Made by a program: the position numbers and the translations under genes. A stretch of 32,406 bases of DNA from Chiloscyllium plagiosum (lineage: Eukaryota): assembly GCF_004010195.1 (NCBI RefSeq), contig NC_057719.1:46671533-46703938 (forward strand), in the 5' to 3' direction. Every line of letters begins with the position of its first letter. The first letter of the stretch is position 1. The notes below the pieces were generated by a model. That model was given only the letters and a program-made list of their open reading frames with translations, had not been told where the DNA came from and did no database searches. Of this stretch, positions 9,962 through 20,848 are shown in pieces.

Positions 9962-10975
9962 CATTAAGCTGCCAGTCCAGTCCATCCCTGAGCCACATCT
10001 CTATAATTGCTATGATATCCCAGTCCCATGTTCCCAACCATGCCCTGAGTTCATCTGCCTTCCCTGTTAGGCCTCTTGCATTGGAATAAATGCAGTTTAA
10101 TTTATCAGTCTTGCCTTGTTCTCTGCTTTGTTTCTGACTGTTTGACTTGCTCCTTTTCCCAACCGTACCAGTCTCAGATTGATCTCTTTCCTCAATGTCT
10201 ACCTGGGACCCACCGGGACCCACCCCCCCTTACCAGTTTAAATCCTCCCGAGCAGCTCTAGCAAATCTTCCTGCCAGCATATTAGTCCCCTTCCAATTCA
10301 GGTGCAATTCATCCTTCTTATACAGGTCACTTCTACCCCAGAAGAGACTTTAATGATCCAAAAACCTGCACCAACTCTTCAGCCACATATTAATCTGCTC
10401 TATCCTCCTATTCCTATCCTCACTAACTCATAGCACTGGGAGTAATCCAGATATTACTACCTTCGAGGACCTCCTTTTTTAAATTCCTACCTCACTTCCT
10501 ATATTCTCTCCTCAAAATCTCATCCTTTTCTCTTCCGATGTCATTACTTTCAATGGGAACATCGACCTCCTGCTGCTCCCTTTCCCCTTTGAGAATGTTC
10601 TGCACTCTCTCCAAGGGATCCTTGATCCTGGCACCAGAGAGGCAACACATCATTCTGATGTCTCACTGTCAGCCGCAGAAACATCTTTCTGTGCCTCTGA
10701 CTACAGAGTCCCCTATCACAATCAATCACTTGGAAACTGATATACCCCTCGTTACATTAGAGCCAGTCTCGGTACCAGAAACCTGGCTGTCAGTGCTACA
10801 TTCCCCTGAAAGTCCATCACCCTTACATTTTCCAAAACAGCATTATTGTTTCAGATGAGGATAGCCACAGGAGACAACTCCATGACCTGCCTCACTCTCC
10901 TACCTTTCCTGGAGGTAAACCATCTCTCTGACTGTATTTTCGGTTTATCTCCCTTCCTGTAACTCTTAGCTCCTA
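9958..10975 (-). mobile_element. CR1 5' part: ORF1 SGNH-esterase remnant and ORF2 APE endonuclease N-terminus
   Basis: ORF 9945-10223(-) contains LNCIYSNARGLTGKADEL...DIIAIIEMWL (APE motifs). 10719-10698 translates VIGDSVV, followed by CLSGARIKD, typical of the CR1 ORF1 esterase. The next endonuclease segment lies at 9196-9294. Confidence 0.88.
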
Positions 10976-10988
10976 TAAATAGCTGTCA

Positions 10989-11463
10989 AGATTAGAGTGC
11001 TGGAAAATACAGCAGGTCAGGCAGCGTCTGAGGAGCAGGAAAATCAACGTTTCAGGCAAAAGCCCTTCATTTCGGGTACAAGCTCCCAGCGTCATTCCTG
11101 AAAGAACGCCTCATCTTCTGCCTCGGAACCCTTCAAACCCATGGCATCAATGTTGACTTCACCAGTTTCCTCATTTCCATTCCCCCCACCTTACCCCAGT
11201 TCCAACCTTCCAGCTCAGCACTGTCTTAATGACCCATCCCACCTGTCCATCTTCCTTCCCCCCACTTCGCTCCACCTCCTCTCTGACCTATCACCTTTAC
11301 CCCCACCTCCATCCAACTATTGCACTCTCAGCTACCTTCCCCCCAGCCCCATTCCCCTCCCATTTATCTCTTCACCCCCGAGGCTCCCAGCTTTATTCCT
11401 AATGAAGGGCTTTTGCCTGAAACGTTAATTTCCCTGCTCCTCGATGCTGCCTGACCGGCTGTG
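10989..11463 (+). mobile_element. 5'-truncated Penelope-like element: inverted pLTR piece, GIY-YIG C-terminus and 3' pLTR
   Basis: 11104-11178 translates ERLIFCLGTLQTHGINVDFTSFLIS, matching the LxTLxPxGxN tail of PLE GIY-YIG endonucleases. 11010-11070 is an inverted copy of 11402-11462. The hammerhead cores are degenerate (11046-11070 truncated; 11399-11426 reads CTAATGA). Confidence 0.85.
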
Positions 11464-11494
11464 CCATTCAGGGAGACAACAGCTAATCTGAGCA

Positions 11495-11756
11495 TCCTCA
11501 ACTCCACTTTCGTGCCTTTTCCCAATAATGTTTGGTTGCCTTCATGATTAAAAACTGTCTTCCTAATTCAGCCTTGAATGTACATAATGACCTCCAGAGC
11601 CCTGTCCAGCAAAGAATTCCACAGATTGACTGACCTCTGAGAGGAGGAATTCCTCCTCGTTTCTGTCTTCAATGAAAGACCAATGTTCAGAGATTCATCC
11701 TCAGCTCTCCCACAAGGGGAAACAACCTTTCTGTATCTACCCTGACAAATCCCCTT
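11495..11756 (-). mobile_element. Old CR1 3' fragment
   Basis: The reverse complement encodes GFVRVDTERLFPLVGE and ctctcagagg...tctgtggaattct (FSQR..NLWNSL-like). Confidence 0.75.
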
Positions 11757-11849
11757 GTGCTTTTTTTTTCAAAGGATACCCACTTTGATGTTGTATCACT
11801 GTTTGGATACTGGCAGTATCTCTGCCTTGCCTTGTTTTTTTTGCACACA

Positions 11850-12430
11850 TACACACATCCATCCACACATGCACTCTCGCCCTCTCTCACTCTCACACTC
11901 TCTCTCACACACACACACACATAAGTCTACGGGGTGAATTTGCATTTGCTGACTTGTATTTGCAGGTACATTCTATTTTACTCAAACAGCATACAATCTG
12001 TAGACAGTCAGTCAATGTGGCATTTTATAAATTCCGACTTTGGAAATAAAACCGTCTGGCTCCAGGTTGAGATACAAACAGACTCGAAACATAGCCTCAC
12101 TCTTAAAACCCATTGTCTGACCTGATGTGTCACCCTTATTCTGATAAAACCTGAAGTTATCTTGGGGGTGGGGGGTGGTGGCAGGGATTTACATATTAAT
12201 CTTCTGAAACCTGCACCTCCATTCTAACTGATTAATGACTTAAATAGCCATTTAGGTTTGTTCAATACATTCGCATAAATTGTATGACCCTTTGATCTTT
12301 TACTATAAATTCTGTATCCGATGTATTCTCACTCACTAGCTGCCTGAGGAAGGAGCGGGGGCTCTGAAAGGTTGCGGTTTCAAATAAACCTGTTGGACGA
12401 TAACCCGCCATTATGTGATTTTTGACTACA
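11850..12430 (+). mobile_element. PLE 3' portion, family B, with CT/CA simple repeats and a terminal hammerhead-like core (12344-12372)
   Basis: The terminal block ctgaggaaggagcgggggctctgaaag...aaataaacctgttggac...tgtgattttt is shared with 14101-14180 and 18095-18340. The PLE assignment is inferred from the ribozyme-bearing end; no ORF is seen. Confidence 0.65.
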
Positions 12431-13875
12431 TTTTTAAATTGAGGGACGGATCTCAATCGAACATCTAACCTAAAAAGAACCCACTCTACTCTCTTTCTCA
12501 GTAACCACACCTAGGCTTTACCAATAGCACGCAGAACAACAAAAACTCAACAGATTTAGTCAAACACTGACAATTAAACAAGCAAACCATTATGAATGAT
12601 GAAGGAATGGAATTTGAAAATAGAAGGATGGCAATTGGATTATTAAATTGAACAGTCCTACAGCTGGAATTGCCAAGACAAAGAAAGTGTTCAATTTTTC
12701 ACGGGGTAACTCCTAATCTCTCCCAATAAATGCAGCAGAAATTGCAATGAAACATTGTAAAATCCATTAACACCACTTCTGCACAGTTTCTGAAGCTAAA
12801 GCAGCAGACCCGCAGTGAAATTCCAGCCAACATTTTTTATAAAGTAATACGTTCTCACAACAATTGACTGGTATAATGGATGTGTCAAGAGTAAGAGACT
12901 TAACTTTTTTTTGGTGTTTATTATAATCAGTTGTGGAAATGTTAAGTTCCTTTTAAACTCATCATTCAAACAAATGATTGTTGGTGGTGTTTTGGGAAGG
13001 AAGCATAAAATTGCTCCTGTGGAAGAAGGAAGATAAAATCTCCTTGGGTTATTTTTATTCACTAATGTGATTGAGATTTGTATTAGCTAGATTTTTTCTC
13101 CATTACTACAATTAGTTTGATTGAGCTCACCATGATGTGAATAACGTTTAATAGATTTGGAAGATAAAATAATTTGTTATTAACACTAGCAGTATCCAGC
13201 TTTTTCTCCCTACAGCACAAACTCCTATTTCAAGGCAAAAAAAGGACAATGCAGGTGCCCTAAAGCATCACATTTGGCGATAAAAATATAGGTTTAAATT
13301 TGTCAGCTGCTTCTGCCATTATCCACTGTAGCACCTTGGCAGATTCAAACACAAAAAACAAACTGACACGAAAAGTATATGAGGTTTAATTTGAGCAAAG
13401 AACAGGATAGCATGAGTGAATATTGCATTTTGTTTATATTCAATTTTTGTTTTGAAATATCTCACACTTCAATGGTAAGGCATTGATTTGGTGGAACAGA
13501 TTAAACTTCATCCTTAAGTACTATAAATAAAATTTTAAAATGGAAGAGCAGTTAGTGGTGATCAAGATTGCCTTTACTGAAATTCTCAATTCTCTACTTG
13601 TTCAAACTAGGGTGTACAAATTCTTCCATTAGGAATTTTTAAAAATTAGTCAGTATTGAAATGGAAACACTCACAGTAACAAAAGGCTTGCCAAGGCAAA
13701 AGTTAAATGATACCATTGTCCTCAATGAAATGCAATACTGGACTATGTGTGCATTATTGCTCAATACTCCTTCAGTATGCTTGTTTAAAAAAGAACGATA
13801 TAGGGATGAGCTATCGTGAGGAATACTGTTGCAAGTAACTCACCCCCTGACTCCCCAAAGACTGTCCATCATCTA

Positions 13876-14181
13876 AAGACTGTCCAACATGACACCAATT
13901 GTTAAAGTGCACTCGAGAATGTAACTTTTGAGAAAGGGTTTTGCGATTTACATGTGAAAGAACTGATACCAACATGGTCATTCTAAAAGGTGAGCGACTT
14001 AACAAACAATTCAGGTCTTTATCAACATATAATTTCAGTTACATCACAATGGAACCTTTTGCTATAAATTCTGTCTTACAGTCTTATTCTCCACAACCAC
14101 CTGATGAAGGAGCAGCACTCTGAAAGCTAGTGCTTCGAAATGAACCTGTTGGACTATAACCTGATGTTGTGTGATTTTTAT
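13876..14181 (+). mobile_element. PLE family B 3' fragment
   Basis: A 9 bp TSD, CATCATCTA, lies at 13867-13875 and 14182-14190. A 12 bp copy of the flank (aaagactgtcca) sits at the 5' junction. The family B terminal block is present. Confidence 0.75.
14101..14129 (+). ncRNA. Minimal hammerhead ribozyme-like core (family B)
   Basis: CTGATGA-A-GGAG-CAGCA-CTCT-GAAA-GCTA, with a self-complementary AGCT helix III and helix I cac/gtg. Confidence 0.7.
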
Positions 14182-14968
14182 CATCATCTACAAGGCACTA
14201 ATCAAGAGTGTAAGGGAATACATCCCATTTGTCAGGTTAACTGTAGCTCCATCAACACTCAAGAAGCTTGACACCATCCAGGGTAAAGCATCCCACTTGA
14301 ATGGCACCACACCTACAAGCATCCACTCCCTCCACCACCCACGCTTAGTGGCAGCAACGTGTACTTATCTACAAGATGCACTGCAGAACTTCACCAAAGA
14401 TCCTCAGGCAGCACCTTCTAAACCTTCTAGCACTTCCATCTAGAAGGACAAGGGCAGCAGATACATGGAAACACCGCCACCTTCAAGTTCCCCTCCAAGC
14501 CACTCACCATCCTGACTTGGAAATACGTTGCTGTTCCTTCCAATTGCTGGGTCAACATCCTGGAATTCCCTCCAAGTGTCATATGGAGGTACTTACAGCA
14601 TGTGGACTTCAGTGGTTGAAGAACCACTACCATCTTCTCAAGTGCAACTAGTGACAGGCAATATTATTGACGCAATGCAGCGACGTCCACATCCCATGAG
14701 GACCCCTAAGTTCATTGTGCCATGTAATTACCCATCACTCTGTGAAGGGCTTTGTTTCATCACTCATAAATTTGCTTTTTGTAGCTCAAACCCGGGTGTT
14801 TTTATTCAAAATATTAGTCTGAAGTAATATTCCATCTGTACATTTTCCATACAGCTACCCATCTTCCACATTTCTATACAACCACATCTCTTTGACTTGG
14901 TGTGAAGTGTATAATGGATAATGGAGAATTAGCAGCCTAAATAGTGTCTATTTGGATTATCATTGTAT

Positions 14969-15983
14969 GGCTGATCCCCCAACTCAATACATTGTTCATA
15001 CTTTTTCACCACACCCTTTGTTCCTTTTAGCCCTAAGAACTATATCTAGCTCCTTCTTGAAAACATTTAGATTTTGGCTTCAATTGCTTTCAATAGCAGA
15101 GAATTCCACCACTCACCACTTTCTGAGTGAAGCAATTTCTCTGAATCTCAATTCTCAACTCCACATTCTTAGGCCATGCCACTTGGCTCTGTACTCCACA
15201 GTCATCAGGAACATCCTTCTTGTGCTTACCCTGTCTTGTCCTGTTAGAATTTTATAGATTTCTATGAGATCCTACTCTCCTCCCACCTCATTCTTCTAAG
15301 GTCTAGTGGATACAATCCTGACTGATCCAGTGTTCCTTCATACATCAGTCCTGCCATCCAAGGAATCAGTCTAGTAAAGCTTTATTGCACTGTCTCCATA
15401 GCCAGGACATTCTTCATCACGTAATCAGACCAAATTGCTCATAATACTCAGGGTGTGGTCTCACCAAAGGCCAATATTATTGCACCAAGACATCCTGTAC
15501 TCCTCTCACTAAGAATATCATTTGACTTCTTTCCTGCTTGCCCAACCTCCCTTTCTCAATCTATCACCATTCAGATAATAATCTACCTTCCTGTTATTTC
15601 TACCAAAGTGGATAACATTTATTCTGGTTCACTAATCTAAATCATTAATATAGATTATTAATAGCTGGGGTCCAAGCAGTGATCCCTGTGTTACTCTACT
15701 CATCATTGCCTGCCACTCAGAAAATGACCAAAGTATTCCAACTCCTGTAAGCTAATCAGTCTTCAATCTTTTTCAGTACATGACCTCAAATCCCATGCAC
15801 TTTAATTTTATACACAAATCACATTATACACAAATGTGGGATCTTACCCAAAGTCTTCTAAAAGTACAAGTAAACCAAATCCACTGGCTGCTCCTTATCA
15901 ACTATATTAGTTACATCCTTGAAGCATCCCAGTGGATTGGTCAGGCATAGTTTCCCTTCTGTAAATTCATGGTGACTCTTCCC
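14969..15983 (-). mobile_element. Old, internally deleted CR1 fragment
   Basis: The reverse complement has ttcactcagaaagtg...gtggaattct, gtaacacagggatcactgcttggacccca (QGSxLGP) and gggaaactatgcctgaccaat (GKxCLTN). Confidence 0.8.
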
Positions 15984-16054
15984 AGTCTGCTTCACTGCGA
16001 TGCTGACTGCAGGATACACTGCCCAGTCTGTTTCATTGCAATGCTGACTGCAGG
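15981..16054. repeat. Imperfect 33 bp direct duplication (period 41)
   Basis: cccagtctgcttcactgcgatgctgactgcagg (15981-16013) vs cccagtctgtttcattgcaatgctgactgcagg (16022-16054). Confidence 0.85.
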
Positions 16055-17365
16055 CTGCCAGAGTGAAGTCACTGCTGATAACAGCTTCTGGATAAAGTCA
16101 ATGTGTAGAACAGATTGGTGGCTTATCTGTACAGGGTCATGATTTGGAGATGCCAGGGTGGCTACTAATTATTTGTAATGTTCTGATCACCTGTGGCAAA
16201 TATTTAGAACATTTGACCATTTCAGGCTGCATTTTGAAGATTATTAGCTGCTGATACATAGCCTCTCAGTGCCGTTACAACTCTTTACTTTGGGTCAATT
16301 CTCCCGAGGAGATTGATGCTGTTTTCACTGGCTTCAGACAGCAGCCAGTGTTGGGACTGAGGGAGAAAACCGACCAGACGAGGATGCTCCACCAGACTGA
16401 ACAGTTCACAGCGGCTTCCCCGCTGTCAATCCTCACCAGGTTTAACTCAAGATTTCAGCACTGAATAGTACATGCTGTCGCCATGTGACTGATAAATGTT
16501 ATGCGTAACCAGCCAAGCCAACCGGGAAAGTCTCAGCTTTGATTTTTTTTGTCTCTGCTGGGTTAGCCAATTTCAGCAAGGCCAGGTGGGGGAGAAGCAA
16601 TGTTGGATTTTGCTCTCGCTATCTTTTTGGAGCCCTTGCTAAATGTATGTGTGAAGTGTGGATCAAGCTTAAAATTGCCTGAAGTCAAATAGTTTCCCAG
16701 ACTCTCTGACAGGGTTCACAAATGAATAATTGCTACTTTGACTGGAAGACAATCAGCACCACAACAAGGAGTCAATGCTGAGAGAGGTAAACTCAGCAAA
16801 GAAAAAATGTCTGACTGAGAATTCCTTAACCACATAATGACATTGGCTCAAAATTCCCAGACGTGTAAAGTATGATTAGATGAAGTCAGATTGCATATGT
16901 GAAAATGTACGAACAACATTGTCTAATATGTGCTATTTAACACCACGACGTCATGCAATTTAATTTAGCTTTTAGGTATAGATTTGAAACAGTTCATTTA
17001 CAAATAATTAATTTGTTCTAAAATTCCCATAGTTGCCTACAAAAGAGTTAGGAACTTGGACTGGAGAAACATTGACATTAGTGACTGCAGCATTGATGTG
17101 TTCAACATGCAGAGAGACAATCAAAGATGGATGAATGTAATTCACACTATAGAGATGCATTAAGTGTAACATTACATTGTACTTCAAATGATTAATATCT
17201 ACCTACCTAAAGTGGATGAGTGAAATGAGTTTCTTCTGAAAAATACAATTCTTAGTCCAAGACAAAAATTTCTGAAGTACTTCAATTTTGTGAAATAAGT
17301 GAAATAATTAAACTCCAATTAATTCTAGTTTTTACTTCCACAGCCAGCACATCCTCCCTCTCATT

Positions 17366-17674
17366 GGGGTGGCATGGTGGCTCAATGGTTAGCACTACTG
17401 CCTCACAGCACCAGTGTCCCAGGTTTGATTCCAGCCTTGGGCGACTATCTGTGTGGAGCTTGCACATTGTCTGCGTGGGTTTCCTCCGGGTGCTCTGTTT
17501 TTCTCTCACAGTCCAAAGATGTCCAGGTCAGATGAATTGGCCAGGCTAAATTGCTCATAGTATCAGGTGCATTAGTGGGAGGGAAATGGGTCTGAGTGGG
17601 TTACTCTTCGGAAGGTCAGTGTGGACATGTTGGGCCAAAGGACCTGTTTCCACACTGTAGGGAATCTAATCTAA
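17366..17674 (+). mobile_element. HE1-type tRNA-derived V-SINE
   Basis: A box TGGCTCAATGG (17378-17388) and B box GGTTTGATTCC (17422-17432). V-domain gtgggtttcctccgggtgctc...cacagtccaaagatg. CR1-like tail gggccaaaggacctgtttccacactgta and (atcta)n. Confidence 0.93.
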
Positions 17675-18093
17675 ATTCCGACACCCCACAACTTTCATGC
17701 AACCTTTCTCTGCCTGTTTTCCCACCCCCACTCCCAACACTGTTATAATAAAATGTTTGTGCTTCTCTTGCAAGATAATTTAACAGGGATGTCTGCTGAT
17801 AATTCATTTTGGTCTAAAGTACATTCTGGATTACCTTATCACTTACTTAAATAACTGTCTATAACTCATAGTTGGAAATGTGCAGAGTACAAGAATGTGA
17901 CGGAGTCCCATTTTCAAAATTAAGACCACGTGAATATATCATAACTAAAATATTTAAGGGCTCATTGTTGTCTGTTTTCAGGAAACAACAGTAACCCAGG
18001 AGAAATGATGTGACATGGTAGAAATACTGCAGTAACTAGGTTGTAAAGTGTTTCTGCCTCTGAACAGGATGAAACTAACTTAGACAATAGTTA

Positions 18094-18340
18094 CCTGATG
18101 AAGGAGCAGTGCTCTGAAAGCTAGTACTTCCAAATAAATCTTTTGGACTATACATAAGTGAGTACTGCGGATGCTGGAGATTAGAGTCAAGAGTGTGGTG
18201 CTGGAAAAGCACAGCAGATCAGGCAGCATCCAAGGAGCAGGAAAATTGATGTTTCAGGCAAAACCCTTCATCAAGAATGAGGCTGGGAGCCTAGGGGGTG
18301 GAGAGATAAATTATCTAGCCTGGCGTTGTGTGATTTTCAA
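18094..18340 (+). mobile_element. Short family B PLE end, split by a minus-strand family A PLE end at about 18153-18315
   Basis: The family B block ends ...ttggactata at 18152 and resumes as cctggcgttgtgtgattttc at 18319. The intervening sequence is the reverse complement of the family A tail, with a degenerate core at 18248-18274. Confidence 0.8.
18095..18123 (+). ncRNA. Minimal hammerhead ribozyme-like core (family B), intact
   Basis: CTGATGA-A-GGAGC-AGT-GCTCT-GAAA-GCTA, with helix I tac/gta. Confidence 0.7.
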
Positions 18341-19178
18341 ATTAGTGAATAAACTTCAAGAATAATTTGACCTCAGGCAACCGTTGTATCATGCAAGCTG
18401 TGTTCACATATGCCAGATATCTTGTATCGAAGTTGAATTCCACATTATACAGTTAATAACATTTCTCAAACTAGTTAATTAGTGCAGTTCAACTGAAGGA
18501 ACAACAGACTCACTAAAACTCCTATCTTAATTTCATCTCTACTTAAACGTCCCAGATAAGAGTGGGGCAAGGTGTTAAAATGGGTGGAGCGTACTTACTC
18601 TCGGTTTGTTGCTGCTTGATAGATGACAGTTTAGTGCCTGCTTTTCAGGACATATGGGCGGCCTTCACCATGGTTTTGCTCAGACCGCAATGCAAATTTA
18701 ATTTTGGCCAGATGACTGTTACTGAGTTTGGAACAAACATGTGAAGGTTGGCAGAAAATTCAGCCAGAGCCAGAAGAGATCCAGCAAGTCACTTTTAAAA
18801 TGATAGCTTTGTTTGTTAGCTTTATGGTTAGGAGGAGCAGCGCTGCTTTCCCAAGATCCAGAATTGACCTTTTGGTTCTCTTCAGTGGTTTCCCCATGCT
18901 TTACCACCATCACAATGTCCCACCATCTTACCCTAGAGTTAGGAAGTCTTACACCTGATCCCTCTAATGATGGATTCCAACTTTACAAACTGCTGCTCCT
19001 GCCTTCCAACCTCATTACAGCATTGTCCCTGAGTTTAGGCAGGCAATAGCATTTTCTATTTTAATGAGACTTGCAAATTAAAATTACTCAGGCTTCAGGC
19101 CATAGCAAACCATCATAATCTTCACTCGTAGGGAGAGCTCCAGGTAAAACTGATACTCTGAGAATATTCTCTATGTAC

Positions 19179-19493
19179 TAGATTAGAATCCCTACAGTGT
19201 GGAAACAGGCCATTTGGCCCAACAAGTCCACACCAACCGTCTGAAGAGTAACCCTCCCAGACCCATTTACCTCCGACTAATGCACTTAACACTATAGGCA
19301 ATTTAGCATAACCAATTCACCTAAGCTACACATCTTTAGATTGTGGGAGGAAACCAGAGCACCATGAGGAAACCCACACAGACACAGGGGGAATGTGCAA
19401 ACTCCAAGCAGACAGTCGCCCGAGGCTAGAATTGAACCCAGGTCCCTGCTGCTGTGAGGCAACAGTGCTAGCCACTAAGCCACTGTGCTGCCC
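19179..19493 (-). mobile_element. HE1-type V-SINE, near full length
   Basis: The reverse complement starts gggcagcacagtggcttagtggctagcactg, has B box gggttcaattc and the V-domain, and ends ccacactgtagggattctaatcta. Confidence 0.94.
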
Positions 19494-20372
19494 TACTTAT
19501 TCAGCACTTACACATCTTACGATTGTGAACAAAAGCACAATTTTAGCCATTGTTTTCTGTATTCACCATTGACAGTTGTATTTTCTTCTTAACCTGTCAA
19601 GTGTGATCTTCACAGATGACCACACTTGATTTCTATGTGATGCTTACCACTTCCGCCAGCATATAGTACTAGATAAGGGTTGTTTGAGATAGTTTGCTCC
19701 TACTAATTCTCCTTTGTCTTGGGCTATCTAATGGTTAATGATAGAAGGTACATTTACATGAGGCACTGTTCTTAGATAACAGAGGTCTCCTGCATGACAG
19801 CAATAAGTACAATGACATTTGGTCAGGTTTAATTGCTAGGGTCTTAAGAAGCTGGTACAAATATATCTGTTACCTCAAAAAGTTACAACAGACCTCCATA
19901 TCTTCATTTACAGACTGGGTATGACATCAGACAATTGGGTGGAGCCAAAGGAGTGTGACAGTAACCCATTCAGAACCATTATATAATGTAACATGAAACA
20001 TAAAAAGCATGGATCATAAAGCATCTTCCTAGGATCATTGTGACATTGTAACAGCTCAGATATTTAGCATTGCATTTAACAACACTTCATTATTATAGGC
20101 TAAATTTTCATAAAAATTAGCAAAGAGTCAATGTTTGGGAGTTTAAGGAAGATTTCTCTCTGTTAGTTCAAGGAAGTTCTCTCATGCAATATTAAGCCTT
20201 TATGGCACCATGCTGTTCTCACACTATCTTGCAATGAACACCAGCCGAAGGACTCAACACTTCCAGGAGCTTCTGAGATTCCCACTGCCGGCGCCATGTT
20301 TAAACTCCAGCTGAGTGGCTGTCAGACAGTAGATGTCCTTCACAATGCTATGGCACAAGAATTGTTCAAGTG

Positions 20373-20594
20373 ATGGCCAGCAGAGGCAAGTTGGCATATT
20401 AATTGGATGGTGAGGACCTGGAGGTCCTGGTGGATGGGCTGGTAGAGAAGAGAACAGCCCTCATTTCTCAGGATCACCAGAGGAGACCATGGCACCAGAC
20501 TCTGCCAGGCTGGTCTAAATTTGCCACCAGAGTCAGTGCAGCATCCACAATCCTGAGCACTGAACTATAATGTTGGAAGATGGTTAATGACCTG
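20373..20594 (+). pseudogene. Harbinger-type Myb/SANT-like DNA-binding domain, exon 1 remnant (two in-frame stops)
   Basis: One frame reads MASRGKLAY*LDGEDLEVLVDGLVEKRTALISQDHQRRPWHQTLPGWSKFATRVSAASTILSTEL*CWKMVNDL. This fits the pattern ELEVLV...W..(I/F)A..VSA....RT..QC.K..NDL of NAIF1/MSANTD-type Harbinger ORF2 proteins. Confidence 0.75.
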
Positions 20595-20848
20595 TGCATT
20601 GCAAGACTCTCTACTACTCACACACACTCTAATTCTGCTAATGCATCCACCTCCCAACAAAGCTTACAGTCTACCACTCTCACATTTCATGCAACATCTT
20701 TCCTCACTTACATTTATGCACCCTAGCTCACACAACTATAGTACTAGGTTTGCATGCCCTCTGATTACAAATTTACCCACTTAGGACACATCACCACATT
20801 TCCCCCATCTTCACCAGCACATTACCTGTGCGGGACACCAATATTCTC

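Larger units (their letters stand above)
13810..14700 (+). mobile_element. CR1-group (L2/Crack-type) LINE 3' fragment, split by a family B PLE
   Basis: VTHPLTPQRLSI (13836-13871) rejoins IYKALIKSVREYIP...LKKLDTIQGKA (from 14185). The 3' UTR ends gcgacgtccacatcccatga near 14700. Confidence 0.7.

Noticed and set aside
16280..16380. Possible minus-strand exon after ttttctccctcag
   Set aside because: The donor is weak and the translation unrecognisable; it cannot be supported without RNA data.
16483..16745. Possible ancient tRNA-derived SINE relic
   Set aside because: Only a vague resemblance to old chondrichthyan SINEs; too decayed to call without an alignment.
17366..17440. tRNA gene
   Set aside because: The A and B boxes belong to the tRNA-derived head of an HE1 SINE. 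No cloverleaf is evident and the SINE body follows directly.
18562..19049. Overlapping ORFs and a tttcag acceptor at 18648 as host exons
   Set aside because: No recognisable domain, all frames after the acceptor stop early, and there is no good donor site.
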